From Girardia tigrina (Eukaryota), in assembly GCA_001938485.1 (NCBI GenBank), contig MQRK01215053.1, forward strand, positions 80,091 through 144,090: DNA of 64,000 nt. Direction: 5' to 3'. Below are positions 11,804 through 24,884 of this stretch, one piece after another. Below the pieces are notes generated by a model. It was not told where the DNA came from and ran no database searches. It saw only the letters and a program-made list of their open reading frames with translations. The translations under genes and the position numbers were made by a program. Position 1 is the first letter of the stretch. Each line of letters begins with the position of its first letter.

Positions 11804-13317
11804 TGTGCGGAGAAGATTTCCGACCTATTGTGAGTATTGGAAAAAAAGAAAGAATACCGAATGAAAATAAATTACAACGTCGGTGAGACTAAATGATAAG
11901 ATAAAGATCACTCGTTGCAATATAAAGGTCAATAAATGATAAATAAATGTTATTTTCGAGTCTTATAACTTCAAATTGATTATTTGTTTTAACAAAAATT
12001 TCACTTTTAACGTTTTGCAAGTTAAGATAAGATTAGTTTGTGAATTCTTTCTAAAAAAACATTAAAATTTTTACCAAGAAATGTTTTAAGTGAGGTTGAT
12101 GTACAAGTATATAAGAATGCTTAATGTGACAGGAAAATTTTAATTTTTTTCGTTCCTGGATAAAATAAAATCATTGAATAAAATAAAATCATGCCCCAAA
12201 ATGTACAATAACTTTCCATAATCACATTTAATTTTTGAGTTTATATGTTTAAAAATTGGAAGAGTTTAAATTTAAAATTCTAAATAAATAAAATTTTGAC
12301 AATCATTTATTATTAATATCTCTTTATATTTCTTTAGGTTTCTTTAGGTTTCTTTAAGGTTTAAATTTGAGGCCATTTATGGAAGCAGACTCAAACACTC
12401 TCTTTGAATTGTGTTTGATAGTCGCATTAACATTATCTTTGATGATGGTTGATTCAGAATTAGAACTCATAATTTCACACAAAAATTTTATTAATGCAAA
12501 TTACACAGAAATTGAAACAAATTTCTACTCGTTAATTTAATCATTTCGCCAAAATATATTTATTAAATTTTCTTTAAAGTCGAATTTCTACTTTCGTTAA
12601 AATTTATTAAATTTTCACTATTAAAATTTGACTCTAAAAATTATTTATTTTGTTAAAAAATATTTAACTTAATTTTAACTTTGATTTCTTTATTGTTTTT
12701 CTTTAAAAATTCAGTTTGACATAATTATTTCTTATTTTAAAATTTTTAATAAATATTTTTTTTAATATATCGGTTTTAATTAATCTAAACTTTTTAACTT
12801 ACGATTTTTTAGTTTTAAAAACTTTATATACTTCTTTATTTTTTACATAATTATTTAATTTTTGCTTAATTTTTAAATTGAAAATTTTTTATAAATTATT
12901 TGACGAAATAAAACTTTTAATTAACTCTTCGTAGTGTTAATCGAGTGTTAAATTCGGTCAGATATAGATTGAATAAATTATTTTATATATAATTAAGTGT
13001 TCGGGATTCAATTATTTTTATTTATTGATATTACAAATTAATTATCTATATATTTATGTATATTGAATAGATCCTGTGCTTTCCACATTTGCATTTAAAA
13101 AACTGAAAAAAAACCTTTTATGTGACTCTGATTGTGTTTTTATTTAAAAATGAATTTGTGGGTTTATGTGAAAAGATTGGAAAAAAACTATTATTTGTAA
13201 AAACTATTAATATTAAAAGTATTTTTTATTAAGAAATTAATTGGATTATGTGAAAAAGATGAATTTGTTTTATTAGATTAAATGAGATTAAAGATGAAAA
13301 TTTGAAAATAAATATTA

Positions 13318-13632
13318 ATGGAGGAAATCGAGTTGCCTTATTTGTTATTAAATTGGCTTCGAGGTGGTGCTGAAGAAATGCAATTGTCGGCCCTCGAACA
13401 ACTGTGTCTGGCACTCTTGCAATACGAGACATTTTTGTGTCAAGATTTCGATATTTCATTTGCGCTTCTTCACGAAATGATCAATCGATTGTTCAATGTC
13501 AAAGGATCATTAATTGACATTTGTATGAGATTTGAGAATCCCAATATGAATAATCCCATTAGTAGGATCAAATTAAAATGGGCCCAGCATATCGAGAAAG
13601 GTTCCCTGCGCAACCATGTTACCTCCGTCTGA
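13318..13632 (+). pseudogene. Short ORF resembling the N-terminus of HECTD1 E3 ligase
   Basis: LLLNWLRGGAEEMQLSALEQLCLALL resembles the HECTD1 N-terminal LLEWLQMG...MQLIALEQLCMLLL (from memory). Stops at 104 aa and is followed by TE debris. Confidence 0.55.
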
Positions 13633-14249
13633 GTGTCGGGCGGAACATTAAGTATTTTATGATGTTATGAAATCGAAGATTTACTAAATCAATGTTTATA
13701 TTGATAAAAGTAACGAAATTTATCAATTATTGATATTTTTACCACAAATTGTTCCTGTACACCATGCTTGTAAGTGGTTTTTGAGGCTCGATCAATGATG
13801 TTTATTTGGAAATTAAATAACTTTTTAAAACTATTCTGGGTATCTCTAACTTTCCTTAGATTGTAGTACTTTTGTTGTTTAAAGATTTTGAAGAAAATGA
13901 AAAGACTGGTCAACTTTCCGAATAGAAAAAGATTCGATGGTCTATGAGGCATGATTCAGTACTCAGTACTGAACAAGTTAATAAAACCCCTGTATGTGTT
14001 TGATGTATTCAGTCAGTCAGTTTCTTCCATCGAAACGAAAAGTAGATTTACAGATGTCCTGATAAGAAGATCCTATATTTGGTTGGCATCATGTGTCTAT
14101 ATAATATGATTACATTATAAAAAATTACAATAAGAAACAACTTCAATGACAAAATTTCAATCTTTAGAAGAATTTAAAATTTTTAAGTATAGCATTTAAA
14201 AGATCGACAATGTTTAAATGCTATCAGTATCATAAAAAGTAAGACATTA

Positions 14250-14580
14250 CCTTCCTGTGAAATTGAGAACCGACAATATTGTGAAAGCCAAACTTGTGTA
14301 CAAATTAATTATCATGGATGTCAAAACTCGTATATTGGAGAGACAAATTGACACTTCAAAACATAATTCGTGAACATTCACAGTCGAGTAGGTCAAGAAA
14401 CTGAATGTTGCTAAGATCAATTTCCAACCATAATGTCATCTTTCTATTTTGCAAACGAATTTTGATTTATACTAATTAGAGTTCGTATTGTATATCATTG
14501 CTGATCATAAATTATAACACATTGGTTAATATTCAAAATAGGAAATGTATATCAGCTTAAACATCAAATATCTTCAATTA
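14250..14580 (+). mobile_element. Penelope-like GIY-YIG endonuclease remnant
   Basis: Frameshifted KAKLVYK..HGCQNSYIGETN; nucleotide similarity to the 56009 copy. Confidence 0.8.
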
Positions 14581-15992
14581 ACCTATAAAATTAAAAAAAT
14601 AATAATAAATAGAAAAAATATAATTATATTTGCACTAATTTATTTTGTTTTTGATTAATGATCAGTGAAATTTGTTAATTTCACTTCTACTTTTTTGTGT
14701 GATGATTTAAGTCACCGCTGAAGATAGAGTAATTAATTTTTTTTAATTTTTCAATCAATTAATCAAAATTTATATGATAACATTTTTCAATTAATTTGCT
14801 TATCCGAAGGAAAAAATAAACTCTAATTTCATTTTAATACGGCAATGAAGAAATAATAATTTATTTCGGTAATAAAATCAACAAAATTTAATATGAGTTC
14901 CATCTATAAATAGACAATTAAAATGTTTTTATAGGAAATATTATAACAACTTTAATTTAATTTATTTATAATTATTTCCATTTTAAATTCTTTGAAAATA
15001 ATAAGTTTCGTAAATGAAATTAGCAAGGGAGAAGTGAGTTTGTTTAAGGATAATTTATAAATCAAGACTCATTTCACAAAAAGCAATGATTCTTCATTTA
15101 TGTCTGTTAGATGCGTTTGGAACGTCTTCCACGTTGTCGGTATTAGAAGCCGATATAAGTTTTCAAGTGTTATTAATCCGCAAAATAATGTCTAATACTT
15201 TTTATTTAAACAAATTTAATCGAAATTAAATTCATTATTTTTTTTAAATTTTGAGAAACTATTTGTTTCCTAAATCTCGAACTGGTATAATAAAAATAAA
15301 TGTAGTATTAATAATTCATTTTACTTTTTTAAAAATTTCCCACGATGAAATGATTTCATTTTTTCTTTTAATAAACTTCTGAAATTTTATCATTTTTTAC
15401 AAACACTTTATATTATTCCTTGATTATTTTAAATTTAAAATTCTACTTTTAATTCAAATATTATTTCAAAAAGTTTTAAAGTATTTTCTTAAAATTCCTA
15501 ACAATTTCCATTTGTATTCTTCATTAGTAATGTTGCGTTCGGGATCAACGATCGAGATCATGACACAAATATGTATTAATATAACAATTAACTATTTTTC
15601 AAACAAATTTATGAGGAACGATGTTTATCTATTTTAGCACAAATCAGATGTAAAAATTGCTAAATATAAATATCCATATAAACTTTTATTATTTAAAAAA
15701 GATTGTGTATAAAAATTAATTTTAACACTTCCTTATTTTTTAAATTTTAAGATTAAACGTAAAATCTTATTTTTTTCATGTTGTATATATATATTTTAAA
15801 CTATTCTATTTTAAAATTTATAATTTTTTGATATTTAATATAAAATTTATTTTGTTTCTTTGGATATTTTTTAAATCTAGATAGTTTTTAAAACTAAACA
15901 CTTCTTAAAATTTATTTTGAATATTTTCTTTTATCTTTAATTTTCTACATTCATAAATCTACTTTCTTTTTCCATTCTTTTTTTAGCTTACT

Positions 15993-16027
<35 letters not shown>

Positions 16028-16030
<3 letters not shown>

Positions 16031-17612
16031 TCAAGGACAAAAGTATTTGCTCAGATGTATTTTTAACATATTTATGAAATATAAAATCACAAAAACATAC
16101 AAATAAATATATTCTTAATTCTCGTTTTCGTCTACATGTATTTGATATGCTTAATTTTAATTTTGGTTAATTTTTATTTATTAAACAAGAAAAATTCGAA
16201 ATCGATGGACCAAAGTAGTTGCTCAGAAAGATTTATTTATTTAAAAGACATAAAAACACTTTAATAATTTGTCCATAAGCCTTTGTTTTTAACTAATTGG
16301 TCCATTCTACGTGGCATAGACTCAATAAGCGAATTACAATACTCNNNNNNNNNNNNNNNNNNNNNNNNNNNNNNNNNNNNNNNNNNNNNNNNNNNNNNNN
16401 NNNNNNNNNNNNNNNNNNNNNNNNNNNNNNNNNNNNNNNNNNNGAACCAAAGGTTTTCAATTGGGTTTAGATCCGGACTTTGGCTTGGCCAGTCTAAAAC
16501 TACAATATTTTTTCTGGTGAGATACTCTTTCACCTTCTTAGCTGTGTACTTTGGATCATTATCCTGCTGGAATATGTAATCATCTTTAAATAAACGAGCT
16601 GATGATGGAATCATATGCTGAGAAAGCATTCTGATATACATATTGGCATTCATTATACCTTCGATTATATGTACATCACCAACACCAGCTGAACTGAAAC
16701 ATCCCCAAGCCATAACAGAGTCATCATGCTTGACTGTTTGCTTCACATGTTTTGGTTTAAGAAGTTCTCCAGGTCTTCTCCAAGTCCAGACCTTTCCATC
16801 ACTGCCTCTTCTATTTAATTTTGTTTCGTCTGAGAACAAAACACGTTTCCAATCTTCAACTGTCCAACTTTGGTGCTTTAAACCAAATTGGTACCTTGCT
16901 TTAATATGCTTTTGGTCAAGAGCGGCTTTTTCAGTGGTGCTCTGCCATGTAAACCTGCTTCGTGCAGTCTTCTTTAAACAGTTTTTGCACTCACATGTGC
17001 AATATTTGTTTTCTTTAGCTTTTCAGCAACGTCTACAGCATTTGGCTGATTTCATTTTTATATTAAATCAACTATTTTCTTGTCTATATTTGCTGTAGTC
17101 GCCCTGGGTCTACCTGTTCTAGGCTTGTTCTGATAAGTTCCAGCCATTTTAAACCGTCTTAAGGTATAATTGACATTGGAAAATGGAACATTAAGCTTCT
17201 TTTCAATTTCCCGACTTCAATAACCTTCGTCTTTAAGAGTTTTTATTGAAACTCTAAGAGCAAAGTTAATTTCCCGGGTTTTCGTCATTAAGGCTCTTGG
17301 AATAAAATTTTATATAATATAAGATTAAAAAACCAACTTGACTCTCAAATAATAATTTTATTGATTTTTTCTATTAATTTATAACTTTAATTTTTAAAAA
17401 AGTCGATAATTAATTCGGAGCAAATACTTTTGTCCATCGACTTTTTGAATTTTTCTTGTTTAATAAATAAAAATTAACCAAAATTAAAATTAAGCATATC
17501 AAATACATGTAGACGAGAACGAGAATTAAGAATATATTTATTTTTATGTTTTTGTGATTTTATATTTCATATGTTAAAAATACATCTGAGCAAATACTTT
17601 TGTCCTTGACTA
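16028..17612 (-). mobile_element. Tc1 (DD34E) transposon, IR/DR type, defective
   Basis: ~200-bp TIRs (CAGTCAAGGACAAAAGTATTTGCTCAG...), each with outer and inner direct repeats, inserted in (TA)n. ORF from ATG 17288 with GRPR, FSDE, QQDND, WPSQSPDLNPIE motifs; early in-frame TGA. Confidence 0.95.
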
Positions 17613-17665
17613 TATATATATATATGCAAACAAAGGCCATTTTTGATTATTAAATTTATTAACAA

Positions 17666-17702
17666 TGCATATGCGTTTCACCATTTCGGTATCTTCAGTG
17701 CA
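17666..17702 (-). ncRNA. Minimal type I hammerhead ribozyme at a Penelope 3' end
   Basis: Minus strand reads TGCA-CTGAAGA-T-ACC gaaat GGT-GAA-ACGCAT-A-TGCA: stem I, full core, stem II, quasi-palindromic stem III. Lies ~100 nt after the GIY-YIG stop. Confidence 0.8.
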
Positions 17703-17805
17703 ATGAAATAAAGTGATTAATTACTATTTATATAGTTGAAAAACTATTACATCATACGTCTCAAAAACATGCTTTTTTTCTTTTTTTAAAGTATTTTAAT
17801 GATAT

Positions 17806-18365
17806 TTAAAAAACTTTAATATGATTAGATGAATCACCTTGCACGTTTAAGCATGGTTTATGATGCTTTATTAACAATGCTTCGGCAATAATCCTTTCAC
17901 AATTTGTGTCAAAATTATTTGAAATCACTTTAAAATCTTTATTGTAATCTATAAGATTACCTTTACATCTTTTAATATGGCTCAATATCGAACTATTTCT
18001 ACTCGATTGAGTATGTTCAGCAATTCTAGTGCCGAGATAACGACTTGTCTCTCCAATGTACAAGGCTTCGCACTTGTGACATTTGAATTGATAAACTAGA
18101 TTTGCCTTAATACACAAAGGAGTTTTTGATTTGTTGGAAAAATAGTTCTAGCATTTATTAGTTACAAAGATTACTCTCACTTTTAAGCCAACAGGTGTTC
18201 GATTTTCTAAAAATCGTTTGAACTCTTTTGCTCTCTCTGAGAACGGTATATAAATTCAATTTATTTAAAATCAACTAATACATCAAATATAACTTCGGGG
18301 AATGACATTGATAATCAAATGACTATCAATCTAAAATTACCGTACTCAGAGAGAGCAAAAGAATT
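17806..18365 (-). mobile_element. Penelope-like element 3' part (GIY-YIG) with inverted 5' segment
   Basis: ANLVYQFKCHKCEALYIGETSRYLGTRIAEH...EALLIKHHKPCLN. The upstream linker continues on the + strand at 18250-18365. Confidence 0.9.
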
Positions 18366-18369
18366 TCTC

Positions 18370-18610
18370 TAAACTTTGCACATTTACTCATTTTCAATGA
18401 AAATAAATGATAATCGGAAAATTTGATCAAAAAAACTTTTTAAGATCTCAGAATGGGAAGAAAACTGCCAAATCGGTTTTCCTGAACAAAATTAGTATTT
18501 ATAAAGTCGATTAAACTTATTTAATGTTTAACTAGTAAATTAAAAAAACTTTTTGATATCCATGCTTTATGCGGGCAGAACTCTACTTGGTCAACAGAAA
18601 GTTTTTTAAT
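18370..18610. repeat. MITE-like interspersed repeat (related copy at ~28520-28820)
   Basis: Shared blocks ATATCCAT.CTTTATGC.G.CAGAACTCTACTT (direct) and AAACTTTGCA.A.TTACTCATT (inverted). Confidence 0.55.
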
Positions 18611-19819
18611 TTTTTATTTTATTTATATAAATATATATATATATATACATAAACAAAAAAAGCAATAAAAAACTGAAAAAAACTGAAAAAAAATCTTTCA
18701 TTAGAAATGATTCGAACGCTCAACTTATCATATTTACATGAGAAAAAAATTTTCGTGAAAACAAAGAATGGATATAAAAATTATTTTTGTTTTACTCGTA
18801 ATTTTGTATTTATTTTTGGAAACTATTAATTCTGTTTAAACATTTTCAACAACTTCTCTTTAGATTCATCTCAAAAGTATTTAATTTTTTTAATAATATT
18901 CCATAATTAAATTTATTCCTTATGTAAAATGTTTTCAACAATAATTTTTAAGCTCTAATTTTAATGAAATATTTTAAATCGTACAATTATAAAATTTATT
19001 GAATTATCATTTTAAAATTTAAACATTTTTCTTTTTAAATTCAAAAAAAATACGATCTTTCCAAATTCATACCAGGAATTAATTATATTTTTGAGAGGAA
19101 GTAATAAAAGCCTATAAAAATCATTTGACCTTTTCTTAAAAACGTTTTTTGGTCTCAGAATGATAATTTTGAATTTAATTTTTATTATTATGAAATTTAT
19201 TTGTTTATTGTTACATTTCCAATAGGAATTTCTTGATGATTTTTGATAATAAACTTATTTTGAGAATCTACATCTGTCCTTAGATTATGGTACTTTTTAT
19301 ATTAAAGGTTTGAAGAAAATAAAAAGAATATTCAATTTTCCGAAAAGAATATGCTTCAATGATAAAACATACTTTTGGTTATATTTTAATATATTAACAG
19401 TTTAATATAATTGTATACCTTTATTATTTTAGGTCGATAATAAAATATATTTTATCGAAATAAATTTAATTATGCTAAATATTTTTATCGCTTTAAAAGT
19501 AATGGGTCCGGTGACAAAATGCACGAAAAGTTTCTTTGCTCGGCCTAGAAAATCATTTCTGTTTTAAGCGTGATAAGAAAAATCATTATAAAACTAATTT
19601 AATTAAATCGAAACAGAGAAATAATAATATTAATAATTCTTTTAATTTTTAAGACCAATTATTTATAAATTAGTTTAAGAAGGAATTTTTGTAAAAAAAA
19701 GCATTAAAGGTGAATTTAATGGAGACAAAAATTTTGCTTTTTTCAGTTGAATTTTTAAAGAAAATTAAAATTTTGTAAAGGTAAAAGGTATTGTGTATCA
19801 TTAAAATATTTAAGTAATT

Positions 19820-20670
19820 ATAATAATTTCAGAAGCTGCAAGGAAAAAATTAAGCTCCTTAAGTGAAGACTCCTAGAAAGATCAAATTGACTGTTTTACG
19901 TTTCTTTACTTTAGATCCGGAAATGAACATCATGAAGACAATTCTCTCTAAAGACGATTGTTAGAAGATGAAAACATTCAGCAATGTTTGGATGAAAATC
20001 CATATTGAAGATTTGAAGTCATTAAAAAATATTAAAATGTGATTTGCAAAATAACTAGTTTCATTACCTGCGATTGTTTACTTTTTCGAGTAGCCGGAAA
20101 TTCTTTCATGGAATGACGTGTTATCTGTGACAAATCGTGAGCACTTATGACACTTCCAGTAGATTAAGGCATTGGAATAAGTGTAGACTAGCTTCAGGAA
20201 CAAACAAGAAAAAAAATTTTATCAAAGAAAGATCATGGAGACAGTTTCGAGGAAATCGTTGGGAATCGTAAATGTTGATAATTTTCCATAAGACCAAGCA
20301 ATTTTAACTATTTGTATTGACATCAGATTGATATAGTTAACCAAATTGTGCTGGAAACTTGAGCTTGATTGGCAAATAGAAAAGGAATTTTAATTCTACC
20401 GTATAATGCATTACCTTTTATTTCTAACAGGACCAGTGACAAGTTGATGAAACTTGATCGTGTACTAAATGCACAGTAAAATTTCTTTGCGAGTAATTTA
20501 GGCTTTTCAAATACGCATCTAGATCACTGACCTGCTCATATATGATCCATACAGTTTTTTGAACACATAAACGAATCATTTGTAGGACTTTTGTCAATAT
20601 CAAATACTCCACCAAATACTCTCTGGGAAACGATACCCTTCGACATGCTTGTATACAGGGAGCTAAACAG
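19820..20670 (+). mobile_element. Very degenerate mariner remnant
   Basis: Traces of KIMxTV (~20230) and an HxPYSPD-like segment (~20525). Confidence 0.45.
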
Positions 20671-21117
20671 CATGTTTTTATAATTTTAAAATTAAATAAT
20701 GGAATTTATTTTAAATTAAAATTAATTTTTTAAAAACTACAAAATATATATTTAATTTTTAGTCTGTGTTTTTTGTCAACAACAGAGATATCCTGAACTT
20801 TAGAGTACACTCAAGTTTGTTTTTATGAGATTCTTATTTATGTAATTTTTTATTTGTTCGAATTTTTTGTGCTATCTCATAATTTAATTTTTTGTATGAG
20901 ATCACATAATTAAAAACTGTATAAAAAGGACAGCATAAAAACAGGTTTGAGTGTATAGAAACCATTTACTGAATACATAACATATTTAAGTAGGTATTTT
21001 TTAATGTCTTAAACCAAATATATAAATTAAAATATGTAAAAAGCCTAGTTCTGATTTCAGATAGTTTTATTAATATATTATATTTGTACATTTTATTACA
21101 AAAGATAATATTCTTAG

Positions 21118-21278
21118 CTAATGAATCCTCATACTCACAAACCGACGTTTCGCTTCGCCACTGTACCCAGTGGAGCAACTGAAGAAAATATAAAAATCAA
21201 TTTTCCAAAAATGTTCACTTATATACAAAACTTCAACAAAACGACAGTTGATGATGGAATTAAGGCACTAAAAATTGG
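21118..21278 (+). CDS. Nmdar2: GluN2 exon (S2 ligand-binding segment, part 1)
   Basis: Acceptor ttcttAG, donor GTaaat. Phase-0 continuation LMNPHTHKPTFRFATVPSGATEENIKINFPKMFTYIQNFNKTTVDDGIKALKIG, matching the GluN2 FxFGTVPxGST region. Not in the ORF track; translated by hand. Confidence 0.95.
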
Positions 21279-21339
21279 GTAAATTTACTTTTTTAGTACT
21301 TATTTTAAAAGGTTTAATGTTCGTTTTCCTAATCTCTAG

Positions 21340-21521
21340 TGAAATAGATGCTTTCATTTATGACTCAAACGTGTTGGATTACAAAGCTGCTAAGGATAAA
21401 AAGTGTAAGCTGAAAACAGTTGGTAATTTGTACGCAATGACCGGATACGGAGTCGGATTCCCGAAGGGATCGAAATGGAAAGCGAAAATCAATGATTTAA
21501 TTCTTCGGTATCAGAGATTTG
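21340..21521 (+). CDS. Nmdar2: GluN2 exon (S2 part 2)
   Basis: Follows a 61-nt GT-AG intron. EIDAFIYDSNVLDY...CKLKTVGNLYAMTGYGVGFPKGSKW; FIYD and TGYG motifs present. Donor GTtggt at 21522. Confidence 0.96.
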
Positions 21522-22048
21522 GTTGGTTTAATTTCAGTTTAATTTGTTTTATTTTTTTTAAAAGATTGCAATAATTATTATTTATTATTGTAATAATTAT
21601 TGTAATTATTATTTAAAAATAATTTTTGTGATTGAAAATTATATCCACTTTTAACAAAATAAAACCATTTTGCTCCAAATATAAAATAGTATATCTAAAT
21701 AATAATGTTTAAAAAATAAAAAAAATGATAAAAAATATTAGAAGAAAGAAGATAATTTTATTTTAAAAGATGTTTAAAAGCCATTTTAAATGAGTTTATA
21801 TTAAATTGACGTCGTTCAGATTCGAATGATAGAGCGAAGTATTTAGGAATTATATACCACATACTTTTTTATCGAAGAACAAATCAAGAATAAGACAACA
21901 AGAACGAAACACAAATACTTAAAAGATTCTGGTTTTAAGGAATATTTTATGAATTAATAAAATAATTAGAAAATCAAATTTCTTCTGAACCATAAAAATT
22001 ATTTTATTTATAAGATTTAGAAAAACATTTCAGAATTTAACTGTTGTA

Positions 22049-22054
<6 letters not shown>

Positions 22055-22100
<46 letters not shown>

Positions 22101-22115
22101 ATTATTATTATTATT
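22055..22115. repeat. (TTA)n microsatellite
   Basis: Directly visible. (TA)n tracts also occur at ~272, 15997, 33400, 35346, 46268, 46756, 47424 and 56551. Confidence 0.95.
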
Positions 22116-24884
22116 AAAGTGTTTTACTAAATTATTTCTAAACGTCTTTCTGTATATTTCAAAATTTTAATGATATTTTTTTGGTTTAAATCGGTTAATA
22201 AAATAAAATAATAAAATAATAAAATAACATTTAAATATAAAATTAGAATTTTGAATGCATTTTATATAATATAAATAATATTTATCAAGAAAAAGTTCAA
22301 AAATACAACACTCTCGATAAAAATTTAACTTATAACTTATAATTTGATAAATACAATTGGAGTTAAAACCTATAGCCATAGTTTAATTTAACTTTTCTTC
22401 TTCTTTTTTTAATTTTCTCGCCTTAAATTGGATCAAAAGAATTGTATAAGAAATCATAATTTATTCTTTGCCGTTTATCATTGTAATAAATGTATGGCGA
22501 GTCAATTTTCTAGCTTTACTATCCCAAAGGACCTTCTATACTTTGGCAGACACTGATTTTGGTGACAACCTTCTTACTCTAATAAAATTTTGATATGACT
22601 GAAAAACTTTTTTTATTATAAATTTCCTAAAATAAATTTAAATCTCCTTTAATTAGATCTGAAATTTATTAAATAATTTATTATTAATTATTCGGTAATA
22701 ACTTGATTTTTATGGAAATTTTCATGAAAAATTCAGTCTCTGGTAAAAGAAATTGTCTTTAAATAAATTTTCTTTTCATTGAAAAATTAAAGCAATTTTT
22801 ATTGTTAATTTACAAAATTTTGATTGTCCATATTTCATTTAAACAGTTGATTTAACGATAAGATTCCCTAAAAATGTAATGAAAATGTTACGGGGATATT
22901 TTATTTATCAAATTGGACAAGATGATATTTTCGGAAATATTGTAATAGATCTGGATGTCTAATTGTCATGAAATGGCGATTTTAACCCAAGTTGGAATAC
23001 GTATTCCCTTGAAAAGAAATAAGGACACTAAATTTAGACCTGTACTTGAAGGATAATCTGTTCAAATTGTAATACTGTTTTCTGAAAATCTATCAAAACC
23101 TCCATACAATTCCCTAAAAGGCTCAATTTTGTAAACGATTTGTGACTGGCGAGAAAAATGGATTTATTTAAGTAATTTCTACCAGGATAATCAATGATTA
23201 ATGGTCATTGTTAAGAGACAAGATGCTTTTCTAAGATATATTAATAATCCAATAATAAACTAAACATTCAATTGGCATATCTTATATACAAGCACACCTC
23301 GATCCGGTTGCATAACTGGATTGGGGAGATCTACTGGTTTAGCACTACATGATTGACACCGCACACTATTACATGCATACATTATATCATCAAACTCTCA
23401 ATCCTGTTACTCAATTTCATACTTCATAATCACGCATAATTTCCACATACATCTAATAATGATAATAATATGTTTATAATAATAATCTCAATAATAATTA
23501 ACAACCATAATAATAATAATTCACACATCCTTACAGTCATCTAATTAGTAAACCCTATTGATCGAAGAGGACAACTTAAAATGAAGATTATGCTGCATGC
23601 GTCTAACAAAAGTTTGTGGGAATATTGTCAAAAAAACAAAATTCAAATATATATTCTATAGAGCCCAGACGTTTTCATAAAGTTTTGCAACTATTCTAAT
23701 GTGTTTTGATCACTTGGAATTACACCCTAAAATTACCGCTTTAAAAAATTTCAGAAGCTTTTCGACATTTTTTCTATCATAAAGACCTTGTGCTTTCTTA
23801 ATATTACTTGTTTTGAGAATGACCGCATTTTCAGAACGTTTTTGCTTTATAGCAAAAGAATTATATTGAAATTGAATGCAATATTCAGCAAAAGGATCGG
23901 TTCAAACGAAAAAAAATAATAATTTGTTAGTTCTTGTGTGTTTGTAAAGTATACAATTAGAAGAGTTCAGTAAATTTTGCAACACTCTAATACAGTCCTA
24001 ACAATTTGTGGTAATGTTGTGAAGGCTTATTTAATATTGTATTTGAATATCCAATATTAAGGTGTTTCTTTACATTTAAGAAATATATCCAACATAACGG
24101 ACAGAAATCGGTTTTCAAGACAAATATCTGCAGTCTGCAGTCTTAGGTCTTCCACCGTTGCTAAACATGCTCAAAATAGAAAATTCGCTTATTAATCTTC
24201 ATTTAAAAAGCTAATTGACTAATAAATTAGATCTAATTTGAAAATATTGTTAAAGTTACTGGACCGGAAATTGATTCTATTGACCGAACATCTTGCCAGT
24301 TTTTAAATTTTAAAAGAAAAATAAATTAAGTAAATAAATAAAATCATCAAATAAAGTTTAAAATAATTAAAAGTAAAATTAAATAAAGTAATTAAATAAA
24401 GCAATTAAATTAACGAAAAATAAAATAAGAACTTAATTAAAAAATAATAATAATCATTAAAATAACTAATGGATAAATACTAAATGGGCAATTAATCGTT
24501 TGAATTTTTTTTCGGGAAATGTAATTGAGAAACAGGAAAATTTAAATGTACCATAAAATTGAGAAATTAATAAAAGACGCAACAAAATCTTTGTGACAAA
24601 ATTTTAATTCACTATAATTTTTATTAAAGAAAATTAGAATTGTAATTTGTAAAAAATATATATTAACCATATTTTTATTTATATCTATTTTTATTTATAT
24701 TGGTTGTGTAAAAAAGAAAGTACAAAAGTTCCTCAAAAATATTTGTTGAAAAAATTCAAATTGTTATAGAAATAAATTTTTGTGTTCATGATAATGTCTT
24801 TTGATCAAGAACCCAATAGCTGCCAACTCTTGTCTATAGGATTTAATAGCTTTAATAAAATCAAATCGATTAAAATATTGAAGT

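Noticed and set aside
22900-24300. Decayed coding-like tracts, also at 6800-7540, 37300-37900, 39600-40330, 50500-51700, 53850-54480 and 59400-60400
   Set aside because: Likely old TE debris, but no diagnostic motif could be read with confidence.
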